Source of the DNA: Priapulus caudatus
Taxonomy: Eukaryota
DNA: 64,000 nucleotides
Direction of reading: 5' to 3'
Assembly (NCBI RefSeq): GCF_000485595.1
Contig: NW_014577068.1
Span: 554,023 to 618,022, forward strand
Shown: positions 1-13,400 of the stretch, one piece after another
Numbering within the stretch: position 1 is the stretch's first letter
Layout: every line of letters begins with the position of its first letter
Made by a program: the position numbers and the translations under genes
Notes under the pieces: generated by a model
What the model saw: the letters and a program-made list of their open reading frames with translations, nothing else
What the model was told of the DNA's origin: nothing
Databases searched by the model: none

Positions 1-468
1 GGCAGGGCATGAGACAAGCTGAGACGTTATGAGGCGTAGAGACGGTGACGGTGGTATCTGTACTGTATGTACGGTAGAGGGCAGGGCGTGAGACAAGCTG
101 AGACGTTATGAGGCGTAGAGACGGTGACGGTGGTATCTGTACTGTATGTACGGTAGAGGGCAGGGCGTGAGACAAACTGAGACGTTATGAGGCGTAGAGA
201 CGGTGACGGTGGTATCTGTACTGTATGTACGGTGGAGGGCAGGGCGTGAGACAAACTGAGACGTTATGAGGCGTGGAAACAGTGGCAGTATCTGTGTTGT
301 ATGTACGGTGGAGGGCAGGGCGCGAGACAAGCTGAGACATTATGAGGCATAGAGACAGTGGCAGTGGTATCTGTGCTGTATGTACGGTGGAGGGCAGGGC
401 ATGAGACAAGCTGAGACGTTATGAGGCATAGAGACGGTGACGGTGGTATCTGTGCTGTATGTACGGTG
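1..468. repeat. 79-bp tandem minisatellite, about 6 copies, truncated by the window edge
   Basis: ggcagggc unit start recurs at 1, 80, 159, 238 and onward. Confidence 0.95.
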
Positions 469-614
469 AAACAGTGGCGACAAGAGTCGAACCTATGTCG
501 ATCAGAACAAAAAGAAGTGCTCCTGCGAGATTTTTCAGCGTTTTGTATCGGATGTCAGGCGATGTGATATTCGGGAAACAAGCACTTGTGAATCTCTCCC
601 TCCAAACACAATGT

Positions 615-1144
615 CACGTGGTTGCACGTGGGAAAATTGCACGCGCGGATTACCACCAGCATTGTGTAACGTTCCAATCGATTTACTGAGATCTATATGG
701 CCGGTTTCAGTCAGCTTGGTTTTTAATACAAAAAGGGCGCTTTTGCAACGCGCGATTATCACTCGCACGTGATGAAAATGAACGTGAAAAAGCACGTGAG
801 GGAAATAGTGCAGCATTTTTCAGATTTTTTTCGATGTTGAGCCATGAGCTATACACGTGCTTCTTAGCGAGAATGCTTGGTTGGCAGGGAATGGGTGTGC
901 AGTGCATGCATGCATCGAGATCTCGACGTGCGTCCATTCTTGTTCATTCGTTGTGCACCTTAATTCCTGCTGAATTCCTCATCAGTGCAGCGGTGATGAA
1001 GCTCTAAGACGACTACGAAGCGATGTGTCGATCGGCGGCTGTCACTGCGCGCTGATGGCTACCGTACGACTGTAGCAGGACTTAGTAGGACTGTAGTCGG
1101 CAGGACTGATGAGACCGCCAGAAGCGGCCAGCCGCAAACACGTG
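615..1144. promoter_or_regulatory. Cluster of six CACGTG E-boxes in CpG-rich intronic DNA
   Basis: CACGTG at 615, 625, 766, 793, 854 and 1139. Confidence 0.45.
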
Positions 1145-3371
1145 ACCCACTTGATGGAGACGGACACTCGCGTCTGATTGCATTCAGATGAGATGCTTGA
1201 TCGATATATACGCGTGGCCGTTTTCTGTCGGTCATTTCACAATCGAAGAAAAGCAGACGTATAACGACGACGTCGACGTGTCTTCGGGGCATGGCCGTTC
1301 AGTCGAGCAGGTTTTGTAAGCCTTTAGTAATTTTTTATTCCTTTGTGTCAGGCCCACGTAGGCGCACAATATGTATGTAGTTTTACCCAGGGGGTTGCTG
1401 GCTTCGCTCGAGCAAATGCATAATGCTGTGTTCGAATGAAATGTTGAAGTCGAGCTCTGTGGAGTCTGGTCAGTTTGAACCCTTTTGCTGCAGCAATGGA
1501 GAATTCACAATTCTTTACAGTAACCGTGTTTCTGTCGAGCGCCGGACTGTTCAGCGGTGACAGGAGGCAGCGCTGTAGTTAGTATACAGTTACTGTAGTC
1601 CACTCGCTCCTCCCGACTGTTGCTGCAGCGGCAGGTTGCCTGCTAGCTGCATGTGAATGTGAACACTGGGATGGCTTCGGTCAGATTTATGACCCTTTTG
1701 GGGCATTCAGCACGTTGCCGCTAAGTATGAATATCCCGCTGGGATATGCCCGCTCCCGTTGCAGATGATGGTGGGGTTTGGGCGGCAGTGGAGGCAGCGG
1801 CGGCGGCGGCGGCGGCGGCGGCAGGGGCCTGCTGGACATGCAGTAATTGCCTTATTATTGTTGCGGCTCGCTAGGCCGGAATGCCAAGTGACGTCGGCGA
1901 ATCTAGGATGGCGGGATCAGCCGTGGCGTGCGTGCGGCCGTACAGTGGCCTTCACCTTAGATTTGTGGAGTGAGCTCTGTGCTCACGCGTGAATGCATTC
2001 AAACGTATAGATGCGGAGGTGGTCAGTGAAAGGAAATGCCAAAAGTGTCCGTTATAGACAGTTGACCGTTCTGCAGAGTTGGTTTCACTGTATAATTGCC
2101 ACTCAGTGGATCCACTGTTCCACTGTGTTCACCACTTCCTATCAGGTGACCGTTCTATAAAGGTGGGTTGAGTGTGTTATCTGTCACTCGAGGGAAATGC
2201 CAAATGTGTCACCATGCAGCGCTGTGCAGGCCAACCTCGCTTGACTGTAAAGGATTATCATTCGATCGACTCAATTCATTTCTGAGATGTCTTCTTGGCC
2301 AGATCGGTCGCAGCGAGCCACCTGTCAGTCGCCGATGCCCAGTGTTGAGCTGAGCAGGTTTTTTCGACGGCAAAGTCTTTAAAGCAATTTTCTCGTGACT
2401 GTTTCGAACGTTTTAGTGTGCTCACCGACGGTCGGTGGTAATGGCACCATGTGCAGCCCTGCTGTAACATCATCACGTCTCAGGCCGATAGCGCATCGTT
2501 ATTAAGCACTAGAATTGCGGAGTAGCGGCCGTCGACGCGTCCTTAATTTCTTCTGCTTCAATCGTGCAGCTCTTCTCATTTTTCACGATAGAATCGGTAA
2601 CGGAAAACTGGTGTGAATACCAGGCAAATTGCTGCAATGCATCTGCTGATGGATTTGCCGCCCATTGAACCCAGGAATTTTAGGAATTATTTCTTAAATG
2701 CATTCAAAAATAAAAATATATAGCGAAATATCTCCTCACCTGCTATATGCTATATGTTGCTAGCGGATATGCTACTCCTTACACCAACTTGAAAATTGCC
2801 GTGAATTTCTCCTGTGAATTTCGTATAGTATAGCACTTGAACATGTAATAACGCAGCTATATTTTTTAATGTCCTGACAATTGCATTGTAAATGGTGATA
2901 CAGGCACAAATGCATCTAATTACGACGAAAGTTCATCTGTTACAGTGTCGTAATTGGTTTTAGCCTGGTAACCTGTCTCTGTTACTTTATGCAAGTTCTC
3001 TCCCTCCCTCCCTCCTTCTATGTAGCTTATCTTCAAACCATGTGTTAACCTGACACTGCAACGTAACCATCCACTTGCTACTAGAATGATAACTGATCGG
3101 CAATAAATTGCAGTAAGCCGGACTTTTACCGTAGCCTCACGAGACATGTGCGTGACAGGTTTTCTAGCTATAGATTTTCTCTAAAATTTTCAGCTTTTAC
3201 TGCTTATAATATCTCGGCTTAGGAACAAGCAAAGGGACAATCAGTCTGTTTTGTTTCGGCAAGTTATGCCATGCTTCGCTGCATACTTAACAACGATTTT
3301 ACACTTTATATGTTACTGGCTTATAATGAGTTATTCAAGTTTACTATTTTACGGACAATAATACGTGTGAC

Positions 3372-3473
3372 CACAGGCCCTTGGAGGCTCAAGTTTCAAG
3401 AAGAGTATAAGAAGAGCGAAGCGGTGCTTCGCTCTTATACTCTTCTTGAAACTTGAGCCTCCAAGGGCCTGTG
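3372..3473. mobile_element. 102-bp palindromic mini-element with 7-bp TSD (P/Galileo-like)
   Basis: GTGTGAC|CACAGGCCCTTGGAGG...CCTCCAAGGGCCTGTG|GTGTGAC. Confidence 0.75.
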
Positions 3474-4475
3474 GTGTGACATAGCCCAACGTCTCACATG
3501 CAAAATGCAGTTTTGAGAAAAGGTTCAATTTATAAGCGTGCAATATTTCCTACTAGTCGTGCATAATATTATTATGTGATATCCCTTTACTGTGCACACG
3601 TACAGACTTACTATGTTGCATTCACATTGTGCGTGGTTCCATGTTTCATGTATAGTTTAGATCCGTTATGTGCGATGTAGTGGGCACAAAAGAGGCCTCG
3701 CCAATGGCGTCTATTATTTGTTTAATTTAATCGGCTGCTTCTCAATTCACCGGTATTTACTATTTAGGTGTCAAAGGACATTATTTTATTTATTCAGCGT
3801 GCGCAGTAAATATAGAACAAATGTGTCATATTGATATTATGTGATTATTTTATCATAGCAAGTTATGAGAGTCGGGAGTCAGAATTTGGACGAAATTCCA
3901 TAATCCAGGGCCAACACTATATATCAAGAGCTAATAATACCTTATAATAATAAGGTATTATAAGCGCTTGATTATCTATAGTAGGTTGGTTGCGCATTCT
4001 TCAACTGCGAAGGCACAGCCACAGAGGCAGAAGGAAAATCGCTGCATGCAGAGTGTCTTCTTAAAAAATGACAGACCAGTATTTCCCCCTTCCATGATTA
4101 TAGCCTGGTGATTCGAGTATAGTTTTAAGAACTCTTTGAGACTGACGTAAATGGTTATCTGTGATGAAGTCTCTGACGTTGGTGTTTCGACGTCAGTGTT
4201 CGTTTTTTAAACACGTGTTTTGGATTATGTCATTTGTCTAGACGAATCTGGGCTTAATGTAAAGAAAATGTTGGTTTTGCCATGAATAAAACAAGCAAGA
4301 TGAGAGAGCATGGTGGTCGATGCATGAGACTGTGAGATGAACAAAAGGGTAGAATGTTTGGTATTGATAGCAGCCCATGCACAGCTGGGTACCCTTTTAC
4401 CAATGCAAACTTTGATATAGTATTCAATGCAAGTAGATTCAATTAAAATAGTTACTATACCGAACTGATCAGTGC

Positions 4476-4477
<2 letters not shown>

Positions 4478-4537
<60 letters not shown>

Positions 4538-4684
4538 CGTTGCGTGCGCTCGCGTCGCGTGCGTGCGTCGCGTGGCGTGCGTGCGTGCGTGCGTGCGTGC
4601 AGTACCCCGCGTCGTGCGTGCGTGCGTGCGTCGTGCGTGCGTGCGTGCGTGCGCTGCGTGCGTGGCGTGGGTTCGTGTGTGTGT
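4478..4684. repeat. (GT)n/(GCGT)n microsatellite
   Basis: Direct inspection. Confidence 0.95.
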
Positions 4685-5315
4685 GAATCTTTAGAGATAT
4701 TTTGCCTTATGCTGTGCTGGTATATCATGTATAGCAGTACTTGTTCCATAAATATTACCACCCATGGGGGTTTCGGGTGTACGTCTAGATGCTCGTTAAG
4801 TGGTAACTATTGATTGCATGCGCAACAGACCGGAAAATTTAGAATGATGCTGCCCGTGTCATATTACTGCCGTAGTCATATTTTATCGAAATATGGGTGT
4901 AGGCAACAAACCCAGGTTTCCTACATCGGAGATGTATTCATAATGAGGCTTTTTTTTTTTTGGCAACACGTGAAGAATTAAGACTCTTCACCTTGCAAAA
5001 TGTCTCATTTAGGCTGCAGATTTGAATTTTTTGTAATGTTCGTTTGCGTCATGATTTATATCCTAAACAAATTGAGTTAATCAAGCAATTTAATTTAGCA
5101 ACATACTGTTAACTTTAATTTTCGTCATTTTAAATTCAGCCAAATGCAAGTCCAAACAACAGTACAGTCCTCGTTACAAACATCTGCCCTATACTATGAT
5201 CGTAATTATGACCAAGTAACAACTCTGAGCTATATTGATTTTTTGTAGAACTGCAATGCATATATTTTAGTATTAACTTAGTATGTTTAAAATAAAGCTG
5301 AACAACATATTTTGG

Positions 5316-5485
5316 CTGTCTGTCTCTTTCGCTCGCTCTCTCTNNNNNNNNNNNNNNNNNNNNNNNNNNNNNNNNNNNNNNNNNNNNNNNNNNNNNNNNN
5401 NNNNNNNNNNNNNNNNNNNNNNNNNNNNNNNNNNNNNNNNNNNNNNNNNNNNNNNNNNNNNNNNNNNNNNNNNNNNNNNNNNNNN

Positions 5486-5526
<41 letters not shown>

Positions 5527-5582
5527 GCTCGCTCGCTCACTCACTCGCGCTCTCATATACACACTCCATCTCTCACTCTCTC
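5316..5582. repeat. (CT)n microsatellite spanning an assembly gap
   Basis: CT repeats on both sides of the N-run at 5344-5485. Confidence 0.9.
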
Positions 5583-7379
5583 TTGTTTCTGTTTTCTATC
5601 CTTCGGTTGCACAATTCTGTCCCTTCCTTTCGCACCATCTATCGATTCTTCCAGAATTGAGAAAATGATATGAAATGAGTGTACTGTTTTTTCAAGTGCT
5701 GAATGTTTTGAATGGCCACCAAACTAGATTATATGTGAAAGTTAAGATGAATTACATGGCATCAGGACGGCATGTGATATAGTAGTATGTCGTAAAAGTT
5801 AAAAGTTTAATAGGTTATCACACAAAATTAACAGCAAAGCGTAAGCTTCTTTCCCACACACATTTTCTATCTGTATCACTAATTATTTAACAGCTCATGT
5901 ATAATTAACGTTTCAATCTCAGAAGTGTAGGTCACGTGTAAAGGTTTGCAGATATCTATAGCTATAGTTTCTACAGTTAAAAGTACTGAAAACTACAAAC
6001 TACAGCAGTTAACACCAGTGTACATACTTTTTAAAGGGGGTTCTGGTGATGCGGCTGTATCATGGATAGAGTGCTGAGTAGGCTGTGGTGATAGATTTTT
6101 AGACCAACTTAATAGGGCTATAGGTTGCCTTGTGTGATATAACATATAGAAATTTTAAGTTGATGCGATATTATTGTGTTATCAGTTGCTGGGCAGGTTA
6201 GATTCGGTTAGAGTATAAATAGTGTCCAAGTTTGTATAGTAAAATGTCATGTATTAAATTAGGGGAATGTTGCAGGGCATGTGAGGCGTGAATAATTGCT
6301 GGGCAGAAGTGCTTAAATAGAGTGGGAAGCCCCTGTTGCAATATATTGCTTCATATTCTAACATTTTATGTAGTTTCTTGTGCATACACGTGCACGCACG
6401 CACGCACACATATTATACAATTGTTGTCAGATTGTGAGGGTAACTTAGTTTTGTGGACCAAGAATCTTGCTTAGGACCGGAGGTTAAAGGTAACCTAGCC
6501 TTATTTTCGAGGTTTACACAACTTGATGTTGTTCGAGCAACAAAGCAATAATTTTGTTGTCACATGTAAAATCAGGAGTAAATAATTCTAGGATAAGGGT
6601 GCATGATACTGTAACGTTTAATTGGAAGTCCGATGTATAAATGATGATATATAGAAATCCAAACTTGTGTGGTAACCTGAATAAACTTTAATATCTTACA
6701 CACAGTGTGTCCATCTTGCACAAAGGAACAAAGAAACGCGCACACGCGCGTAAGCGCGTGTGCTCACTCCCGCGACCACAACCAGACTCTCCCACATTTT
6801 AGCCATAACCCTGCATTCTGGTACAACACATTCACACTGATGTGTCAAACTGCTAGATACAAAAGATGCGTCGCGTCAAGTTCACTGCTAGAATAATAGT
6901 CTCTGACTATGTGAACAAACAGCTGTTACAATACATCAAAATAGAACAAGGAAAATTGTGTTTATTAGCCATAGTCTACCTATGGTTTATTTTGCATAAC
7001 TTAATAAAGATTAGATCGGAAGTTACTTTAAAGTTCTGTTAGCCTTGTCCCTTATTGTTTTCCACATATTAAACATAGTTACAATCCAGGGAGACGAAGC
7101 TATTGTATTGAAACTGAAATCTATGACATTCGGACATCTATGACCCTTGCCAAATAGTGAACAAATTGCAGTGACATTTGTTGGGAGGGGGGGGACATTT
7201 ATGAGATTCTGCAGGGAATCTCATGGTAAAAATACTGGTTCTTTTTTATATCACATTTTGTGTTTTTATTATTGGTACGTTTTACCATGCCTGTTACCTG
7301 GCAGAGTTGGATTGGTAAGATGATTACTGTCGTTTGTTTGAGTTGCCTCCAACTAATAAACATTTTTCACACGTTGCAG

Positions 7380-7431
7380 ATGCACCACCCTATACAGATG
7401 AAGCCAGCAGACCACAACGAAAGCAAGACCG
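7380..7431 (+). CDS. CELF2: CELF exon: end of RRM1 and RRM1-RRM2 linker ([17 protein letters not shown]), phase 0-1
   Basis: ttgcag|ATG...ACCG|gtaagc, 52 nt. Confidence 0.95.
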
Positions 7432-10400
7432 GTAAGCAAGATTCTCTTTCATACAGGCATAAAATTTTAATTTGTTTAGGGCAAGGCAGGTGTTGCCTTG
7501 GGAGTAATCAGATATTCCATGGCACCACGTACAGCACGTTGGAAGGGCCCCATGGCAAAATTTACAAAGAAATGTTATGATATCATAGCAAGATTTGTGT
7601 TGATAGCGCTTAGGAAAAAGAGAAATAGATGCACAACATTTTATGGGAAAGGCATGAAAGTAAAGCAAGTAGTGCAGTCACGGTCATTTATTGCCGTGGT
7701 TATTGGCCAGTTTCAACAGCACTACAGCAAATGAGGAGGGCAACCACTGCACTTGACGTCAGTCCTATCGTAAAATTTGAGCTGTGTTCATTTAAAATTT
7801 TATATGTCATTCCCTATCCTGCCTTCAATCTCGTCTTTACTTCACTTGTTGCTTGTTCTGTCCCCTGCTTCCCTTTGTCCTTGCTCTCTGCTTTGCACTT
7901 TCCTGTTTTTCTTCTTCCCAGCGTAGTGCTAGTGCTGATATGACCGTTTAAAGTTATTACCTGCTGGATGTTTGTAGTGAGATAGTTTCTGCATGTTTTA
8001 AAACATTTTACTCCATAAATAATTATTAATAATAAATATTATGGCTTATTACTAGGTAGTAATTGTTTGATGATAGCAACAGTTTAGCATGTTGTGTTAT
8101 GTGGGCATTTGTCTATTGGCTTTTGTCATGTAACCGGCGCTGACAGTTACTACTGCTATCAGACTATGGCTTCACTGTATCTCTAGGCCAGGTAACTTCA
8201 CTAAATATTCAGTGAAGCCCAGCTTCAATGCATCTTTAGTGAGTGATAGATTCATTCCATCTTTATGACAGGATAGCTTTGATGCTTCCTTAGTGTCTAA
8301 GAGCTTTGTTGCTTCATAAATGTAAAATATAGCCTTGCCACTTCTTTAGTACAGGATAGCTTAATTTGCTGTTATCTTTAGTACAGAATAGCTTTGCTGT
8401 TATCTTTAGTGTGTGATAGCTTTGCTGCTATCTTTAGTGCGTGATAGCTTTGCTGCTATCTTTAGTGCGTGATAGCTTTGCTGCTATCTTTAGTGCGTGA
8501 TATCTTTGCTGTTATGTTTAGTGCGTGATAGCTTTTCTGCTAGCTGTAGTGCGTGATATCTTTTCTGCTATCTTTAGTACAGGATAGCTTTACTGTTATG
8601 TTTAGTGCGTGATAGCTTTGCTGCTATCTTTAGTGCGTGATAGCTTTGCTGCTATCTGTAGTGTGTGATATCTTTTCTGCTATCTTTAGTACAGGATAGC
8701 TTAGCTGTTATCTTTAGTGCAGGATAGCTTAGCTGCTATCTTTAGTGCGTGATAGTTTTGCTGTTATCTTTAGTACAGGATAGCTTTACTGTTATGTTTA
8801 GTGCGTGATAGCTTTTCTGCTATCTGTAGTGCGTGATATCTTTTCTGCTATCTTTAGTACAGGATAGCTTTACTGTTATGTTTAGTGAGTGATAGCTTTG
8901 CTGCTATCTTTAGTGCGTGATAGCTTTGCTGCTATCTGTAGTGCGTGATATCTTTTCTGCTATCTTTAGTACAGGATAGCTTAGCTGTTATCTTTAGTGC
9001 AGGATAGCTTAGCTGCTATCTTTAGTGAGTGATAGTTTTGTTGTTATCTTTAGTACAGGATAGCTTTTCTGTTATCTTTAGAACAGGTCCTGATGATAGC
9101 TTTACTGCATCTTTAGTGCATAGCAGTTAATGCATAGTGTTTAGCAGAGGTGTTTGTGTAGGTGTAAAGAAGCACAGTATCTGACATAGTTTACCTGCAC
9201 GCAGCGTTCGATGCGCCACCTGTTACACAGCTTATCGTGATGACATTTCTGCCGATCGAAGGAAAATATTAATATGTTTCGTTTCGGGAAAGTAGAGAAA
9301 ACAGGGTGGCAGCTGTAGGGCGTGGCAATCATTGTGGGTGGCAGCTGTAATAGGCTAAGGGCTAAACACCTGGAGCATAGGAAAGGTGTGCTTAGATCAT
9401 ACGATCTACGGACATCTTAAACGACTGTTGAGCTAGATCTCATGGAAGGTGGGGGAATACGGTGCTTCTATACGAGTGACAGCCTGTGGCAGAGAGAAGG
9501 GCTATAGTTCTAGAGCTATATACTCGCCTCTACCCCAAGGTATTTCCTGATATGACCCTATCCTATTGGAATCGTGAAGCAATCCCTTTGATCAATTATC
9601 CTGATCATTTTCCACTGGAGCCCCAATAGGGCGAGTCGGTGCACATGCCTGATCGGATTCGGCGAGTCAGTCGGTTGTCATGTGCAGTGCATGTTCGATG
9701 TGTAAAACGATTTTCAGCAGCGTTTTCGGAAAGCTGTGGACATATAGCGAGTGTCAGAGCTGCGGGCTTCCGACTGGCTGCCTTGCCGTAATTGTAAAAT
9801 TGCGCAGCTTTCGAGTGTATGCGACATGTGGATGTGCGTAGAAAAGCGTCGCTAGCGATTACGTAATTTGTCGATGCCAGGCTCTCTCGGGCATTCCTTG
9901 CTTTTCTCATTCTCTTCAACTTAGTTTGCTGCCCTTCTCTGCAGACAACCTAAGCACTAGGTAATATATTGAAAATGGGCGGAAGATCGGAAATTAATTA
10001 GTAGGCAAGTGTTTGTGGTGGGGAGCGCATATTGTTAGTGTCTGCTCGGTTGAAATGGGGGAAACAAAATATCGAGAGGAAAGATTTGAGTCTTTAGCTA
10101 ACCCCTTGAGAAATACAGCGAGTGAAAATGCAGCGAACAAGGAAAGAGACGTCATAAAGACGAAGATATATGATACCAGCTAGCAATGATGATTCTAGTA
10201 AAAGTCAAATGGTTGGGACATGAAAGCTTTTAAACTCAGTACTTATGAGAAAGGGCGAGGGGATGATCGAGGGACAGCAAAATCAATGACAGACGAAGAG
10301 AGGGAGACGGGAGAGAGGGACGGGCAAGCAAGAGAAGCAAGAGAGAGAAGACGACTACAGTACAAATAGGTCCACACAATGATTAAGTAAAAAATAATTT

Positions 10401-13400
10401 TGGCAACGTGAAATGAGAGTAGCCAAACCTACTCGCAGCAGTTATGCTGATAGGTTCGAGTACCGTGTACAATACAGAAAGCGTCCACTGCCCACGTGGT
10501 GGTAGAGACTAAAGCTAGCAGCACACTTCACCATTTTCGTTGCTCGTACAGGCAATTTTCGTGGTCGGCAATTTTTGTGGCCGTTGCCGCGTCACAGCAC
10601 ACTTCACCACAAGTTGCCACCACGAGCAATTTTCGTGGTGAGAAATCAAACCGGTTTGATTCTCGGCAACTCGTGGTCACCACTAAATTTCCGTGGTGAG
10701 TGGTCGTTGCCGGCACACTTGGTCATTTTTGTGGCGACCACGAAAATTGCCTGTACGAGCAACGAAAATGGTGAAGTGTGCTGCCCGCTTTACTCTCGGC
10801 AGACTCGGCAGCAGCAGTATATGAATGTCGTGGCGGAGAGATAGTGGAGCTGACATTTGTCTTCCGTTAGCCGCCGCGGGCTCATTGCTCTGTGAGTCTG
10901 TTGTTGCGACTATAAAGCCGGGCGCAGTGACGGTGAGATTCGTGCTGAGCACGGAGCGTGAGTTTCGTGCTCAGCAGGAATCTCACACCCGCGCACACTG
11001 TGAGTTTCATGCTGAGCACGGATCTTACCAGCGGTTGCCACTGTAGGTCATGTGAATGATCAAAATGGCAGAACCAATCAAAATGTCCCGCCACTGAGTG
11101 AGAACCAATCAAAATGCGCCACCACTGAGTGAGTGTAAGCAGGATTCTCACATACCACGCACACACGCTGAGTTTTCAGCCTCGCGAGACCAAAATTATC
11201 AAACATGCAGATATTTGCCTCCACCGCCTTCGCGACACTCGCGAAACTACATTAAATCGAGTGCACACACTGTGAGATTCGTGCTGAGCATGAAACTCAC
11301 GCTCCGTGCTCAGCACGAATCTCACCGTGTGTGCCCGGCTTAAGAGATGCGGCCACTCACGCACTCCACGCTGAACATGCAAACGGTCGATCATTTTTTT
11401 AAATGGCACTCATCAGAGACATCAGGCACGCGTTAGAGTTAAACAGAAGCATGCATATTCGGTTTCTGCTCGTAGACATGTTGGTACTGTTTGTTACACA
11501 CGGGTATGGTGGTTACACGCGGTAACGTCCCGGTTGGTCTACTCGCATTCCGTCTTCTCCCATTGCGTCTAGTCTTAGAATAGATAATCTCAGAATGGTT
11601 AATAGTGCCAATCTACGGCAAGGACTACTAGAATTTCGTCTACGTTCATCTACGTAGTCTGTTTTTGGTTTACTCTTTCCCAAACGTGTATTAGGGTCTA
11701 CTTTGTAGACCAACCGGGCATAAACCGGTTGCACGTTTTTAATAGTTGAAAGGGTCGAAATCAAGGGTCAGAGAATCTATATAGATCCGAGTCGATTTGT
11801 CTGAATAAAAATTTTTGTGTGGCTTCAAGTCCATGCATTGATGGTACGTTCGTCTCACAGTAGATGCTAGTACGAATGGAGCCAATTTATAAGCATGTAT
11901 ATAGAAATCGGTTATTTGAGTTGCATTATACCCCGTCAGACTGGACGGCGACCATCCGCGACCGTACGGCGACCAGAAAATATTACAAGGTTTCGCGACA
12001 GAACGTGAAAGCCACAACACAGAGAAAAATGGTCCCAACAAAAAATACTTGCCGCTTAAGCAGCGCAGTAAAGGACGCCACCCCGTCTGATACCCCGTCA
12101 CACGGGTGGCATCCTTACTGCGGCTGCTAGCGGCGACGGAGAATGGGCCCAGAGGCGCGCCAAGGTCGCATAGCGCGTATAAGCGTGGTGGAAACGCCAG
12201 ACAATCGTGGTCTGAGTCGCCATGGTCGGCATATCGCCGGATCACGGCGTTTGTTTGAGCATGTTCAAAACAAACGCCAAGGTTTGGGCGATCTGACCAT
12301 GGAACGCGGATGTGAGAATCGTTGGGGTCGCGAAGGTGGGGAGACAAGCGTCGTAACATCTCCAGTAAACGTATAGTACACGTTTGCAGTACGACGCGTG
12401 GCAAAGATCGCTGCGAAAATGAGTAACATTTTCACGGCGAATTCATGGATCTGTCTCATATCCGATCTGCCGGATCTGTTTCATGCCGATCCTGTCTCCG
12501 AGCCACGGCGCACGGCTCGCCCTCTGGTAGCTTGTTTTCTTTCGTACTCAGCAAACGCAAACTATATGGCAGTTTGAAATTTCCGCGAAAATCTGAGCCA
12601 GCTATTTAGTCGGCCGTGGGAAGCGTGGTAAGAAGAACGGCCGTGAGGTCGCCGTGCAATCGCGCGATACACTTAGAAGACGCGTGGTAATTAGAAACCC
12701 CAGAGCGTGGTTGAGAGCGCGAGCGGGAAGCGCCGGTGATCCGCCGTTGCAAGGCCCATAGATCTCTCAAATAGAAACGCCATATAGCGCGAGAGGTTCG
12801 TGGCGGGCGCCCGTGAGAACGCGGTATGATCGCACAGTGTCGCTGGTATACCCCGTCACAACCGGAGGCGGACCTCGCCGACATTGCCGCGACCGTACGG
12901 CGACCAGAAAATGATACAAGGTCGCCGAAAACGCGAACAACGCCACCGCGTTGCTTATACGCGCGTTCCAGGTCAGATCGCCGAACGCTTTGCGCGATAT
13001 CTTCTGCAATGATGTATGAATCACGACATAATCACGCGATTGAAGGGACGACAGATACACACTGACGCGCATGAGTCGCCGTTGCAATGTTACCATTTTC
13101 GCAGCGGTCTTTGCTACGCGTGGTACTGCGCGTGTACGGCGCTTTATGGAGATGTTACGGCGCTTGTACGGCGTTTTATGGAGATGTTTACGGCGCTGTC
13201 TCAACCTTCGTGACCCCACCGCGTTTCTTACCGCGTTCCAGGTCAGATCGCCGAACCTTGGCGTTTGTTTGAACATGCTCAAAAACAAACGCCGTGACTC
13301 GGCGATCATTGGCGATCATTGGCGGACATGGCGACCACAGCGCGATGTCTGCGCGTTTTCCACCACGCTTATACCGCGCTTATGGCGACCTTGGCGCGCT

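Noticed and set aside
27..409. Three similar 74-75 aa minus-strand ORFs
   Set aside because: They are artefacts of the 79-bp tandem repeat.
1765..1842. Possible 78-nt phase-0 cassette exon encoding poly-Arg
   Set aside because: It is driven by a (CGG)n microsatellite, has weak splice sites and would disrupt RRM1; there is no independent support.
8270..9120. 28-bp palindromic repeats resembling a CRISPR array
   Set aside because: Units are contiguous with no unique spacers, there are no cas genes, and the context is a eukaryotic intron.
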